A stretch of DNA of 64,000 nt from Octopus bimaculoides (GCF_001194135.2 NC_068985.1:46182050-46246049); one strand, 5' to 3'. Shown: positions 12,710 through 26,939, counted from the stretch's first letter. Program-made: numbers and translations. Notes: generated by a model from the letters alone, not told the origin.

Positions 12710-13085
12710 GTAGGCATAAGGCCAGAAATTTGGAGGGAGGGTAGTAAATTAAATCAATCTCATGTCTTGACTAGTACTTGATTTTATCAAATGCAGAAGG
12801 ATGAAAGGTAAAATTGACCTCAGTGGGATTTGAAAACAGAAAATAAAGAGCCAGAACAAATACTGCAAGACATTTGGTTTCAATACCCCACTAATTCTGT
12901 CTATCCACCATCTTAAAACTGTTTGGGCACAAGACTAGCAATTTGGAGGGAAAAAGTTGGTTAGTTGGTTAAATTCAACTCCAGTACTTGACTGATATTT
13001 ACTTTATCAAAGAGGGAAGGGTGGAAGGTAAAGTTGACCTTGGGAAGATTTGAACTCAGAATATAATGATCCAGAAGAAATACCT
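12710..13085 (-). mobile_element. Two degraded tandem SINE family B copies
   Basis: Each has aaggccagaaattt / tgactagtacttg / aaaggtaaaattgacct / gatttgaa motifs of family B. Confidence 0.7.
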
Positions 13086-14510
13086 TTAATGTAACTATAA
13101 TGATGATGATGTATTTATTGGTTCAAACAGTTTCAAATATTACAAACTGTAAATTTAATCTGATGGAGGCACCCCTAATAGCTGAGAGACTCTACTTCAG
13201 AATGTATAATTGTGCTTAGATAGCAAATTTGACAAGTTCATTTCCATGGGTCATTTAGTATTGAACTTGTTGTAGCTAAATAATCAGTGAACATAAAATA
13301 TATCTGGCACCATCTCTCTTGTCTATTTTGTATATAAATAAATAAATGATTGAATAACAAAAAAAACAAAAAAAACAAGAAAAGATTTCTAATAATATTT
13401 TGTGGGATTTTGTTGGTGCCATTAGGGTTTATTATCATTTATAGCAGTCTATATTTTTTGCTTTTTCCAGTCTGATATCAGTTTTGTATTAAATGATTTC
13501 TGCTTTACCTCCTCAACTAACCATCCTACATGAAAGTTCATCATTCTCGCAATGTTGTTTTAATTTTCAGCCACAATTGAATATAAATCAGATAAAACTA
13601 CTATAAAAGACAGATTAGAACCAATTATACATTGAGAAATAATTGGATTAATTTACATTTCATTTGTTTTATTTTTATTTATTTTATATTTTTGCAAGCA
13701 ATCATAAAGAGGTGTATGTATGTGTGTGTATATGAATGAATATTTTATGTCATTCAATAAGCGTCCGTATATATTGATTACTAAAAGGATATATATTTAT
13801 AAATAGAAGAAATAAAATATATATTTATGTATCCATTCATAAACATAGTTTTCATATGCATGCTTAAGTGTTTGATACATACGCACACATACACAGGTGC
13901 AGACATGGTCGTGTTGGTAAGTTGTTTGCTTTGGAATCATGTATTTTTGGATTCACTCCCACGGTGCTGCATCTAAGGAAAGGGTCTTCTATTATAACCC
14001 TGAGTGAATTTGGTTGGCAAGAAATAATGTGGAAACCCATTGTATGTGTGTGCGCTCACGTGTGTGTAATGTATGTATGTATGTTATGTGTGTATGTATC
14101 AATGAATGAATGAATGATTTTTCTTTGAGTTTAATTTAAGTTCTTGAGAGAGTGCATGCCGGTCGCTAACAAATCGACAAGACTTTTCGAGTTAAGAGAT
14201 TTCTCAGTGTTTGTAAATATGTGGTTGAGTTGGTGTGTTGATTGAAACGTTGCTGCATACACACAAGTGTGTGCATCTATTCACATGAGAATCTCAGATG
14301 GAGAATTTTTGGAATATCTTACAGATCTTCACTGTGCCACTCACTAATAGATTGGATTTGGAGAATCCACATCAGTTTCTTTTGTTCTTTCTCCATGAAA
14401 CCGAATATTTCTAGGTTTTCTTTTTGTGCAAATTTGTTGGTACATAACCTAATACATCTATGATGATAGGTATGTATGTATGTATATATGTGTTTGTGAT
14501 CCCCCCCACC

Positions 14511-14812
14511 CAGTGGTTAGGGTATTTAACTCATGATTGTAAGGTCATGAGCTCAATTCCCAACAGTGCATTGTGTCCTTGAGCAAAACACTTTATTTCG
14601 CGTTGCTCCAGTCCACTAAGCTGGCAAAAATGAGTAGTACCTGTATTTCAAAGGGCCAACCTTGTCACACTCTGTGTCACACTGATTCTTCCAGAAACTA
14701 CAATAAGGGTATGCATGTATGCGGTGTGCATAGCCACTTGGTGGTTAATTTCATGAGCAGGTAGTTCCATTGTTGGATCAACTGAAACACTTGTCAAAAC
14801 TGATAGAATGCC
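14511..14812 (+). mobile_element. tRNA-derived SINE with a CORE-like middle and the same 3' module as family E
   Basis: cagtggttagg...ctcaattccc head; tgtgtccttgagcaaaacac middle; caaagggccaaccttgtcacactctgtgtcac module shared with 41370-41400. Confidence 0.75.
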
Positions 14813-15109
14813 AGTTCCCTCACCCTCCACTTTGGAACAGGTGTTGGTTTGTTTGTGTCCCCCATAGCTTAGTGGTTTGGTAAAAGAGACTGATAGACTT
14901 AATACCAGACTTAAAAATCAGTACTGGGGGTCAATTTTAACAAGTAAAAGAATACGGATAAAGATTATATATTTGATATGCATGTTTTATATGTATAACG
15001 GTAAACTTCAACTGAAGAAACACACCATACATATAGGTGGAATATGAGATTATATTTTTGCTAGTACAAGTAGACATTTAGCCTCATTAGACTCAAATAT
15101 ATATATATG

Positions 15110-15234
15110 TATTTTACAGGGGAAGGCTGGTTTATGGGATTACCCTGGGTTTCCCATCGATAAAGGGTTTAACCTTATGGTGTATCGTCAGACTCCAAAA
15201 CTGGCCTAATAAACCGGCCTTCCCCAGTAAAATA
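15110..15234. mobile_element. Small MITE with 26-bp TIRs
   Basis: tattttacaggggaaggctggtttat versus ataaaccggccttccccagtaaaata: 24/26 complementary. Confidence 0.75.
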
Positions 15235-15300
15235 TATACAGCTCTACGTCTTAGAGTGAGCTTCTCTGGATTTATGTTTTCTACAAACAATACACACACA

Positions 15301-15533
15301 CAGCGGTGAGCTGGCAGAAACGTTAGCACGCCGGGCGAAATGCTTAGCGGTATTTCGTCTGCCGCTACGTTCTGAGTTCAAATTCCGCCGAGGTCGACTT
15401 TGCCTTTCATCCTTTCGGGGGTCGATTAAATAAGTACCAGTTACGCACTGGGGTCGATATAATCGACTCAATCCGTTTGCCTGTCTTTGTTTGTCCCCTC
15501 TGTGTGTAGCCCCTTGTGGGTAGTAAAGAAATA
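15301..15533 (+). mobile_element. Young, CpG-intact SINE family B
   Basis: gcggtgagctggcagaaacgttagcacgccgggcg...gagttcaaattccgccgaggtcgactttgcctttcatcctttcggggg...gtagtaaagaaata. Confidence 0.92.
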
Positions 15534-15612
15534 ACACATACACACACGGGAAGAATGTGTATGCAGTATTCTGATTATTAACTTTGATGCATGCACACAC
15601 CCACACCCACGT

Positions 15613-15653
<41 letters not shown>

Positions 15654-15910
15654 TATATGATCACATGATCAGCTATACATATCGCTGAACATGTAATTAT
15701 GGCTGGTTTGTGTATACACACACACATAGCCATATGTATATTTCATTTGTCATGAAAACATAGAGGTGTGGGTTCATGTCTCATGGTTACAGAAAACACT
15801 ACTTTTTTCTGTTGAGGGCTTATATCCTTCAGTATTAGACTATTTTCTTTAATCAATACATGGTTTTTGCTTATAAGCTTTAAGCTTATAAGATATTATT
15901 ATTATGCACA

Positions 15911-15955
<45 letters not shown>

Positions 15956-17891
15956 CATACAGAATATAGGAACACTTGTATCCATATACCTGTTTTCATT
16001 GACTGGTTTATATGATTATTTCAAATTCTTATTTTTATTATATATACTCATTTCCACATTTTCTCAAGCTGTCATATGATGGAACTGATCTTTAAATTCT
16101 CAAACTTGTGTTTGGGATGCTTAATTTTTTGTTTGGTGGGCTGAAGCAGATACATGAGAGTTTTGAATGGTATAATTCAACAAATGATTTTCAGTTCAAT
16201 TCCTATCAAGGTTGAACTACTCTTTCGACCACATGAGTATTAATTTAAATCTCTGTCACAGCAGGATGGAAATTAATAATGATATTCAATATTAATATAT
16301 TCAACATGTGTGTATGCACACATTAAAATGTATGCTTATAACAAGAATGGTATCATGGTCTTAGACAGAGTCCTGTACTGTATAACAATTGTATGTATGC
16401 CTTGACAGGCTTTGGCACATACACAGGTTCACTGAAAAATCTAGAGATAAAACGGTGGAGCTATTAAAACAACATTTGTCACGACAAGCCTTCGGCAGGT
16501 TGTCATTGTTTTGGGTCAAAGTCGTGCTTTGAAAGTCCAGTTTTCTAATCTTCTTTCTCTTTATATTTTACATTTTTACCTTCTTCATCTCCCTTCTTCC
16601 TGGCGTATCATTTGTTTCTTTATTCTTAATCTTCCTTCTTTTCTTTTCATCTTATCATCATCATAATCATCATCTATGTTTTCTTGGACATATTGAGCTA
16701 AATTCTTCAATTATACAATAGAATACAGTTTGGCAGTATTATGTTTTCAAGCCACAGTTATCATCTTCATAGCTATCATTATCATCAACGTAGTCTCCCT
16801 TCTTCTCACCAGTGTTTTTTTCCTTTTTATTTGCTCTTTTTATATGCTCTGATGCTGTAATCATCATCATCACAATGCTTTAATCATCATCATCATCATC
16901 ATAATCATCATCAGTGGAAGATTTGCTCTGTAAGATAAAAATCATTAAAGCGACATTGTTTAGCTTCCTTTTTTTTAAATATTTTCTACATCATCATTTA
17001 TATTTTTGTGGTTGCTGCTGCTGCTGCTGTTTGCAGCAGCTATTCCTCTCTTTCTTTTTTTTTTGTTTGTTTTTAATATCTTTTTTTTTTGTTTTATAAT
17101 TGTTTTATTCAGTCACAGCAGTAAACAGAGGTATCTTGAGGTGTACAATTAAATTGAAATCCATTTTGGCAGATTTGTTGAATTGAAGAAAACAAGCAAT
17201 AAAATGGAAATTTTTAAAAAGAAAATGAAATAAACATTCCCAAATTGCCAAAATAATGATTTGTCCTTCCAAAATTTGAAATTTAAATTAGAAAATAAAA
17301 TGAGACAAACTCCAAGCAAACAAAGAGTGATTACTAAAAATGAAAGATCCTTGAAAAATCTTAAGTATTACATTTAAATTTGAACCCTTCAAGTTAGTTC
17401 TTCCATACATCATTTAAACGTTGAATAAAATTTTCAGAACAAGATAACTTAAAATTTATTTGCTAATTCATTGGAATTCTTTTGTTTTAATTATAACTTT
17501 AAATACAAAGAAAGTTGAATGTTCAAGGTCATGATTTGAAAAAACTGTCATTGAATCTTTGCTCTTTGACTAGGTCCATTACTCAACTTCACTTAGTCAG
17601 CACAACTGTTCAATTTTTACTTTTGAACACCTTTCTTTCCGATTAGCATTATGAAGGATGGCTATTCAATGATAAAATTATTGTGGTATCATTTCAGGTA
17701 AATATCTGAATTAACACTCTGGGCTGAACATCTGACAGCTTGGTACTTGTTTTAGAGATTGTAGTATTGATATTTGTTTCTTTTGATACCAACTCAACCG
17801 AGACTATCACTTATGATACAAACTACCTTTTTTTAAAATGTTCATATTTAATTAGACCGAATTTTCCATTAAATTATGTTCTAAATGTTAG

Positions 17892-18093
17892 TTAATCCTT
17901 TTAGCATTTAAACCAGCTACATCCATGCCAAATATTCTGTCTGTTTTGTGTTCAAAGCAGCCAGATCTGACCTCTCACACCTACCCTGCAATGTCGTTTT
18001 AGAAGTACATAACTGCATCATCAAAATCTCAATGCTTTGAGATAATGCAGGATTCAAAATAATGATAGAATAATCTAATGGCTAAAGGGTTAA
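17892..18093 (+). mobile_element. piggyBac-type MITE
   Basis: TTAAtccttttagcatt ... aatggctaaagggTTAA; related copy in the opposite orientation at 22203-22395. Confidence 0.8.
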
Positions 18094-18569
18094 ATATAAA
18101 AAGATTATTTCACTAAATCTCTTCAAATTCTTGATTTCCAAATTTTTGAAACCTGTAAGTAGTGTATTGCATTGAATTTATGTTCATAAAAGATGTTAAG
18201 CTCGTATCATTTATATTCTGTTGAAGCTAACCCTGTCAATTATAGCTTTTCAACAAACCTCTTTTCACTCAGTTTGAACTGAATTCGTTGGATTAATTAT
18301 AAAGATATCAAGACAGATTTATCACTCTACGTAGGTTTAAATGGATACTGATATTTTAATAGTTCTATTAGTGTGTGTGTGTGTATATATATCAAGGTGA
18401 AGGGAATGAGTGTTTTGAGGATAATGAACCATTGCTAGTGAAAGGAGTCCACATGTAGTTCTGGTTATTATTGTTGAAGTATTCACTGAATGCAAAGAGC
18501 TATGTAGCAAGAAAAGAATGTTTTGTTCTCTGGCTTCTTAAAGTTGATGAAATTAAACTCCATTAAATA

Positions 18570-18950
18570 TGTTAACACTAATTTAACCATCGCTTCTCAT
18601 GTGGATGAGAAGGCTCTCTTGGTGTAACACTACTTGATAGGGTATGTAGCTCAGAGACCAAGGGAGTCTTTCCAGGTCAAGCTACTACTTCTCTGCATTG
18701 AAAGGCTACAACTCTGGTGCTATGGACATGTGATTAGAATGTCACAGAAAAGAATTGCAAGACAGATTCTCCAAGCCAAACCAACCAGCAAGTGACCTAA
18801 GGGTGAACCAAGAATAAGATTATTTTGGTTAGTCATGCTTTGCAGACCGGCTGGAAAATGTAATGAAGGTTGCTTTTGATAGGACCCTGTAGAGGAGGTG
18901 CCTAAGGATTCTACCCCAACAACTCTCTCAGGAATAGTGGGTTGAAAAGA
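18570..18950 (+). mobile_element. Degenerate RTE-clade LINE 3' end
   Basis: Translates ...LGVTLLDRV...LLLCIERLQLWCYGHVIRMSQKRIARQILQAKPTSK*PKGEPRIR, matching the RTE C-terminal WFGHV...RPRGRPR motif. Confidence 0.8.
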
Positions 18951-19161
18951 TGGATGAATTTTTTTTAAATATGCTAATTTCTATACCTGTTCTGGTATAA
19001 TATTGTATGTCTAATTAGTGATCTCATTATTATTTTCATGAAGAATTTAGTAACCATATGTGGAGTTGTAATAAGTTTGCAACATGATTTCATTTTAATG
19101 TTTATTATATTAAATATGTAAACACTAACTTAAATTAATACTCATTATTTGACTTATTTTT

Positions 19162-19380
19162 AAGGTGGTGAGCTAGCAGAAATGTTAGCATGCTAGGCGA
19201 AATGCTTAGCAGTATTTCGTCTGTCTTTACGTTCTGAGTTCAAATTCCACCGAGGTCGACTTTGCTTTTCATCCTCTTGGGGTCGATAAATTAAGTACCA
19301 GTTGCGTACTGGGGTTGATCTAATTGACTGACCTCCTACCCAAAAATTGTTGGCCTTGTGCCTAGAATAGAAAAGATTAT
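19162..19380 (+). mobile_element. SINE family B
   Basis: ggtggtgagctagcagaaatgttagc...gagttcaaattccaccgaggtcgactttgc...gccttgtgcctagaatagaaaagattatt. Confidence 0.9.
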
Positions 19381-22022
19381 TTGACTTCTTTTTACTTTTG
19401 TCCTGCAGTGTCATACTTGTAGTTTGAATCCATTAACACCAGTAACAGTTTCAAAATTTTACATTTCACATTGACAGAGCTTCTGAAATTTTAATTAAAA
19501 CATTCATCTACATCCAAAATATGACCTTAATAGAGATATCAATACTTTAGTAGCCACCCTAATTTTTTTTTTTTTTTTGTTGACATCATCTCCATCACCA
19601 TTAAATACAAAACTTGCAGTAGTTATACTAGTACTACTGCTCTTCTTTAACCATCACCTCTGACTGTCTTGTAGAATAGTTAAAGTATTGGAAAAGTGGT
19701 TTGTAATATATCTTTTTATGACTCTTTACATTCTGAGTTCAAATCCCTCCAAAGTGATCTTTGTTTTCATTGCTCTTATGGTCAGTAAATTAGAATCAAG
19801 GGTATCAACTAACTCTCCCCACAAAATTACTGGTCTTGTTTCTAAATTAGATGCAATTATTAATATTTTTGCAATCCTCTCATTATTTGATCACTGCTAT
19901 TTGATATTATCTGACATCATATTAGTATTAGTGTAATGCAAACATTGTGGTGACAATTGTATTTTTGTAAATCTAAAGTTGGGTCTTCATTGTTAATGTT
20001 TCAGATATCGTTTTCCTTTCTTCTTCTTCTTCTTCCCCTTTTTTATCGCCATTATATTCATTTACTCATTCTTTCATTTTTTCATCAGTTTCTTTACTGT
20101 TTGCTTTTTTTCTTAGTATTTAGCATGATTGTTATTTTTAACTATCTTTTAATTTATTTTTTCTTATTTTTTTTTTCCTCCTTTTCTACTTTTCTCCTAT
20201 TTCCAATTATACATTCCTCTCTTGTTCTCTTTTCTTCATTTCGTATTCATTCTATCATTTATTTGTTCTATTCTGAAGGAGTTTTTTTGTCTTTTGTACA
20301 TTTATTCCTGACCAGTTTTGCTATTGCTTTGATCTCTTTGATTTTCTGCCATTAAAGTAGGAAACTTCATCTTTCTCCACGCTACCCAACTCTCTCTCTC
20401 TCTCTCCATCTCGCTTTTTATTTCCGATGACTCTTTTCTCACTATCGCCCACTCACCCATCTACTTAAACCTCTGTCTTCATAATTGTTACATCCATGGA
20501 ACAACCCACCTACATGCTGAACATGAAATTTTTCTTTTTTATAATGCCTACTCTACCATCTGCGCTACAGTCATGCTAACTTAACCAGACAATGTGATAT
20601 CCTGTTTTTCAGCATGTGTAGATATACTTGCATAACATAGCAGCCATCACTACAATATTCTGCAGTTTAGTAGAGAAAAAGGAGCGCAGTCTGCACACTA
20701 AGCTAGGGACTTTTGCATTTTATTTTGTCTTGTAATATGGCTGTTATTGATTTGACGACAGAGTGCAACAAGTGTATTGTTGCAAATACCTTCGTGTGTG
20801 CCAGCACTTTAATTTTTATTCTGTTGTCACAGTACAATGTTTGACTTGTCTTTCCAGCATACAGCTCACTTACTCCAGATGTTCCATCTTTTTAGATTAA
20901 TTTTCTTGGAACAATGAAAAAAAAAAAAAACCATTAAAAATGAGAACAAAATGAATTGGAAAATAAGCAAACAAAAATAAAATGTATTTTTTCTCTATTT
21001 TAAATAAATAACAAAAAGAATTTCACATGCAATTTTGCTGAATTTTTTGAAATTGATGTAAGCACATTGCTATATATATATATNNNNNNNNNNNNNNNNN
21101 NNNNNNNNNNNNNNNNNNNNNNNNNNNNNNNNNNNNNNNNNNNNNNNNNNNNNNNNNNNNNNNNNNNNNNNNNATAGATAGATAGATAGATAGATATATG
21201 TATATATAATATTATGTTAGATTAAAAACAAATCTGCATTTACTTTTATTTCAAAAGTGGAATGAAAGTGTGTGTATGTACACACACACACACCAGCTCA
21301 TAGCTGATGTGCGTATGTGCATGAATATGAACACGTGTTAACTTCACAGATATTTCAACTGTCTTGACTGACAAAAAAATCTTTATTTTTACTGAGTCAG
21401 AGTGGAGTATACCAATCTTTCATTGTCAAATTCAAGCTGTTATAGATACAGATCAAGCTTTTCAAGATTAATCTCTACAGTTGAGAACAACTCTATAGTC
21501 ATTCATCAACTGATGTGTTTTGCTTTTAATTACAGAATCTAAATTTTTAATCCTAAATTTTATGATCAAATGTTAAAACCAGATGACAGATTAGATCTAT
21601 CACCGAAGTAGACCATGGTGGGATTTGAGCTTGATATGCAATGAATTGGGGGAACAAATGCCACCAGGCATTCGGTCCAACATTCTTGCAATCCTGACAA
21701 ACTATTGGCTTGAGTTGCTACTTTTTTTTATTGAACCCAAGTGGATGAAGTGTAAAGTTGACAGGATTTGAACTCAGAGTGCTGAAAATTGGAATTCTTA
21801 CTGCAAAACCTTTCCCTAATCCTTACAATGTTGCTGGCCTCCTTCTCAAACTTTCATTATCTCTTCCTCCAACACACTTGCAAATCCCCACTACCCCAAT
21901 CCACTACTAATCCTGCTACTTGAGTTGCCACCTGGATACCTCATCTATCTCCTTGGAGATAACCTTTAATTCATTCTCTTTCTCTATTCTCTCTCTCTCT
22001 CATGTCAGTAGCTCCTCTACAA

Positions 22023-22524
22023 AAAGGGTTCTCAACCATTTTTTTATCTGTCAACCCTTTTGATTACCATTTTATTCCGGTGGATCCCAAACTTCTTTCA
22101 AAATGCATCTTTTGTTTTGCGCATATTTACTTGTGTAGGTTGAACTATGTAAAATGTTGGAAAAAAAAACCAAGCTGTTTTTAGCAATATGTATCAATAC
22201 ATTTAACCCTTCAGCATTCAGATTACTCTGTCAAATGTAAAGCCTGTTTAATTACATTGTTTTAAGTTAATTGTACAGTATCTTGTAACTCTGACTTTGT
22301 AGGGTAGGTGTGAGAGGTCAGAGCTGGCTGGTTTGAGCATAAAACTGGAAGACAATTTTGGCCTGATATGGCCAGCTTAAATACTAAAGGGTTAAAGTAA
22401 AACTTTTTCAGAGACCTTTAAAATACTATCATTGATCCCCAATTTACTATTTTGTTGCATGGACCCCTCCAAAAATCTGATGTGGACACTAAAGGCCCAT
22501 CTAGACCCCAGTTGAGAACAACTG
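22023..22524. mobile_element. hAT (Charlie-like) MITE with 8-bp TSD, containing a nested piggyBac MITE
   Basis: TIRs aaagggttctcaac / gttgagaacaactg; flanks ctctacaa and ctctaaaa. Confidence 0.7.
22203..22395 (-). mobile_element. piggyBac-type MITE nested in the hAT MITE
   Basis: TTAAcccttcagcatt ... atactaaagggTTAA; reverse-complement relative of 17892-18093. Confidence 0.8.
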
Positions 22525-22679
22525 CTCTAAAACAAGAACCTGCTCTTTCTCCAACCTCTTCCCTCATACTTTTATCCCCATCCAAAATACTGATGCAGCA
22601 TCTTCCCTCTCTCTGAGTTTGATGACTTGTGAGCTACTTAACAACTTCCATTGTTCCAGTGACATGATAAAAAAAGGAA

Positions 22680-22840
22680 AAAAAAGCACTCGGTACTCAC
22701 TTTAAAGTGGTTGGTGTTACGAAGGGCATCCAGCTATAGAAACAATCCCACACCAGGCAGTGGAGCACATTGGATCCTTGTCAAACTGTCCAACCCATGC
22801 TCGTATGGAACATGGACATTAAATGATGATGATGGTGATG
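22680..22840 (+). mobile_element. SINE family C fragment with (GAT)n tail
   Basis: aaaagcac...gtggttggtgttacgaagggcatccagc...ccaacccatgc...tggacattaaatgatgatgatg. Confidence 0.75.
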
Positions 22841-23256
22841 ATGATTCTTTTAATAGTTTCAGTAATTGGAAGATGGTACCATGCTGGAGCACCACCTTCA
22901 AGGGTTTTACTATAGCAGTTATTTTATTGTGTTATTAAGTTACATTTTTGGTTATGTAAGGATGCAACATAACTTGCCATGGACACACACAAACTTATTT
23001 TTAATTGAAACTAAGACTATAATTAAATATATGTGCATGTGTGCACATTCACCTCTTACTTGTCTCCCCACCTTCTCTCTACATACATGTGATAGGCTTC
23101 CATACAGTTTCTATCTCCTAAAATATATACATGATACATAAAATATATATCGAATGATATAATGAAAGTAAAATAAATACGTAACGAGCATACAAATCAG
23201 TAGAGTGGCATATTAATAAAAGAAGAGGGGAAAAAAAGGGGAAAAATACCACTTAC

Positions 23257-23262
23257 ATCATT
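23257..23262 (-). other. Candidate 6-nt microexon AATGAT
   Basis: Minus strand reads tcttttccttttttacctattttgttccag|AATGAT|gtaagt. Confidence 0.3.
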
Positions 23263-23525
23263 CTGGAACAAAATAGGTAAAAAAGGAAAAGATTCTGAAT
23301 CAACAACCATTATTTTACATAATATCAGATTTAGAAACATTTGACAACATTTAGATGTTGAGTTTATATATATTTTATTTTTTTGACATTTTTAAATCTC
23401 TATTTTTTTATTTTTTCCCATTGCGAGTCAATATAAATTAAAATATTTTAAAGTTCACATTACAGAGATGAAGAGATTGAGTGAAAAGTTTCCAGTAAAA
23501 AAATTACGAAAAAATCTACAATGGG

Positions 23526-23702
<177 letters not shown>

Positions 23703-24505
23703 CATGCATATATTATTGTGTATGTCTATGAATATGTATGTATATTTATGTACATATGTATGTGTGTGTGTGTGTGAATGTATTTGAATTCGTGTTGGTT
23801 TTGTGCATGCTATTCATTTATTAAGTATGCATGAACGATTGAATATTTTTTCCTGAAAAATTCTTTTGATTTAATATTTTTTTTTCATATTTTTGTGTTA
23901 AATCTTCAATTGGAAAATTGAACAAACACAAATCCTTATGTATACATTTTTTTGTGTGTATTCTCATTGATATATATTTTGTGTATGCATATACATTTAC
24001 CTATCTGAAAGTACATTCGTTGGTGTGTATATTTGTTTGTGTGTTCAATATACATACTCTACATATCTCCAGACATATATCTGGTGGTGTGTTAGGACTC
24101 TATATGTACATAACTGTATAAACATACGCATACAATTATACACAAATATAATATATACATATATGTGTAATATAGTTCAACATAAACACAATAAATGCAT
24201 GTTTACTTGTCTATACACATACTTGATTTTGACATTTGATATCTGTATAAAAAGTTCTTTTATTTTAGATTTCGAAATATCACTTTTGTACCCTTTGTTA
24301 TATCGCTTTGATATCTCCCATTATATCCCCAATAGATCTATTCAATTTTCATGTAACACTACACAATATAGGATTCAGGCCATACTTATATCCTATTGGT
24401 TTGTGATAAATAAAATGTTCAATTGATTAATCTTTGCTTGAATGGGTTCAAAATATCATCACCATTGTCATTGCAGCATTGCTAACACTGCTGTTGCCAC
24501 CATAA

Positions 24506-24567
<62 letters not shown>

Positions 24568-24879
24568 ATTGCATGCCAGTAACAAGTTTTAAAGTCTGCG
24601 TTTCTGCGATTCATTTGAACCCATCTCAGTTGACTTAGCCTTTCATCCCTCTGGTATTTACAAAATAAATAACCAAATTGATTTAAAAGGGTGGAGCAAC
24701 TTGTGCAAAGAATGTTAGGGTTTGTTGTGATGTTTGACCCTGTAGTTTTGCCAACTTTTCTGTGAATTGTACTGTGTGTGTTTGTTTGTGTGAAAGTGAA
24801 AGTGAGTCTTAACTCATGCTTTAACATCAGGTTGCATCACTACTACTACTACTACTATTACCACCACCACTACTACTAT

Positions 24880-25320
24880 TGATTTCTGACATATGCCAAG
24901 GATACTAAGGGAAGGGTACAGTTGATTGCATTGACCCCAATACTTAAATACTTTGATCTTGGCTGGATTTGAACTCAGCACCAAAAGAGACGGCATTAAG
25001 TACCATGAGGTATTTGTATCTACTGCTCTACTTAAGCTGCCACTTAATCCTCCTCCTCCTCCCCATCCTCTTCCTCCTCCCCCTCCTCCTCCTCCCCCTA
25101 GCACCACCACCACCACCACCACCACTTTCTACTCTGGACACAAGGCCTGAAATTTTGGTGGGGATGGACCAGTCAATTACATTGACCCCATTGCTTAACT
25201 GTACTTACCTTAGTGACTCTGAAAGGATGATAGGGCAAAGTCAAACTGGGCAGAATTTGAACTCAGAATGTAAAGACAGACAAAATGCTGTTAAGCTCAT
25301 CATCTGGTGGGTTACACTAC
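24880..25320 (-). mobile_element. Two degraded SINE family B copies separated by CCT/CAC microsatellite
   Basis: gattgcattgacccca, gatttgaactcag and caaggcctgaaatttt motifs. Confidence 0.65.
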
Positions 25321-26159
25321 TAAAAACATTCGGTTAGCCATACAATATTCAGAAAGTTCTGTGAGCTGCAGGTCACCCATGGCTGTATTAGATCATAGTT
25401 ATCAAACTTGTTTCTCCTTAATGCAAGTAGTTGGAAAGTGGAATAAATTATCTTTCAGGATGACGAGGAATAATGTAATGTTTTTGAGCAGAGCTTCTTT
25501 TTTCTTTGGAAATGATGTCCTCTGATGTCACCAAATTTCAGTACAGGATTTTCTGATGACAGGTTTTGTCTGAAACATTAGCCTTTCTTCTACTTTATCG
25601 TAAGATCATGTTTTTTTTTTATTACTTTTCCAATCTTTTATACTCGTTGCCAACACGGACCCATTATGACTTTTCTTGGATCTTATTGTTAGATTCAAAG
25701 TATTATTTAGTTAGTAGGAACTCTGCCAAAGACATACTAACTGTAAGCAAAAGAGGAAGCTGTGTTTGCGATTAACTGTTATGGGAAACTAGATACCGGT
25801 CCCTGTTTTGAGAGTGATTGATTTGTAATTTCCAGCTGTTCAGTAGCTGTTTCCAAAATATATGCAAACACCCTGGTTTTCAAATGTGTTGTATATTTGA
25901 TATCACAGGAAAGAAAGTGTAAAATAGAGCCTGCCTTTCTCATTGCTTAAGTGTTTCCTTTTCAAATTGATATATATATATTCACATATGTCTATATTAT
26001 CTGTATATATGTATGTTTGTGTGTATATATTGGGGTTGATAAAGTGCCAATCAAGTACTGAGCTTCATGGTATTGATAACTCAGTTAAAAAATTACTGGG
26101 TTTGTGCTTAAATTATGTACCATTATTATTATTATTATTATTATTATTATCATTATTTA

Positions 26160-26400
26160 AGGCAGCGAGCTGGCAGAATCATTAGCATGCTGGACGAAAT
26201 GCTTAGTGGTATTTTGCCTGTCACTATGTCCTGAGTGCAAATTCCACCAAGGTCGAGTTTGTCTTTCATCCTTTTTGGGGGTCAATAAATTAAGTACCAG
26301 TGAAACACTGGGGTTGATGTAACTGACTGGTCCCCTCCCACCAAATTTCAGGCCTTGTGCCTTCAGCAGAAAGGATTATTATTATTATTATTATTATTAT
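26160..26400 (+). mobile_element. SINE family B inserted in (ATT)n
   Basis: aaggcagcgagctggcagaatcattagc...caccaaggtcgagtttgtctttcatcc...ggccttgtgccttcagcagaaaggattatt. Confidence 0.9.
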
Positions 26401-26939
26401 TATTTGCGTGCATGTAACTGTCAGGCTGAGTAAAAAGTAGGCAACATTTTGAAACACGAAATTCATCACAATATATTTCAACAGTGCGGAAAGAAGTCCA
26501 GGCAAAATTGTTTATGGAAGACCAGCAGTCACCCATGCATACCAGCCTCTCCTCTCTACGCCACTGTTGTTATCCAAGAGAAAGGCAAAGGCAGATACAG
26601 CTTGGCAACAGTGACATTGCAACTCATTTCTACAGCTGAGCGAACTGGAGCAATAGGAGGAAATAAAGTGTCTTGCTCAAGAATACAACACACAGTCTGG
26701 TCCAGGAATCAAACTCACTATATCATGAATGTGAGCCCAGCGCTCTAACCACTGAGCCATGTGTCCTTCATGTAAGTTTTTCTCTGAGGCAACAAAGAGT
26801 GATTTTCTGGCTGTTGTAAGAAGACAAACATAGTTTCTTCACTTTGCAGTATTTTTTATTGTGGTTTACACCCAGTTCTCCATATTTATGGCCCTGTGTC
26901 TTTGCTAGAGATTATTATATAATATCGAGAACTTTTCCA

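Noticed and set aside
20457-20516. 60-nt open minus-strand exon candidate (HVGGLFHGCNNYEDRGLSRW)
   Set aside because: The acceptor is weak, the phase is incompatible with the neighbouring candidate, and it illustrates the chance rate of such hits.
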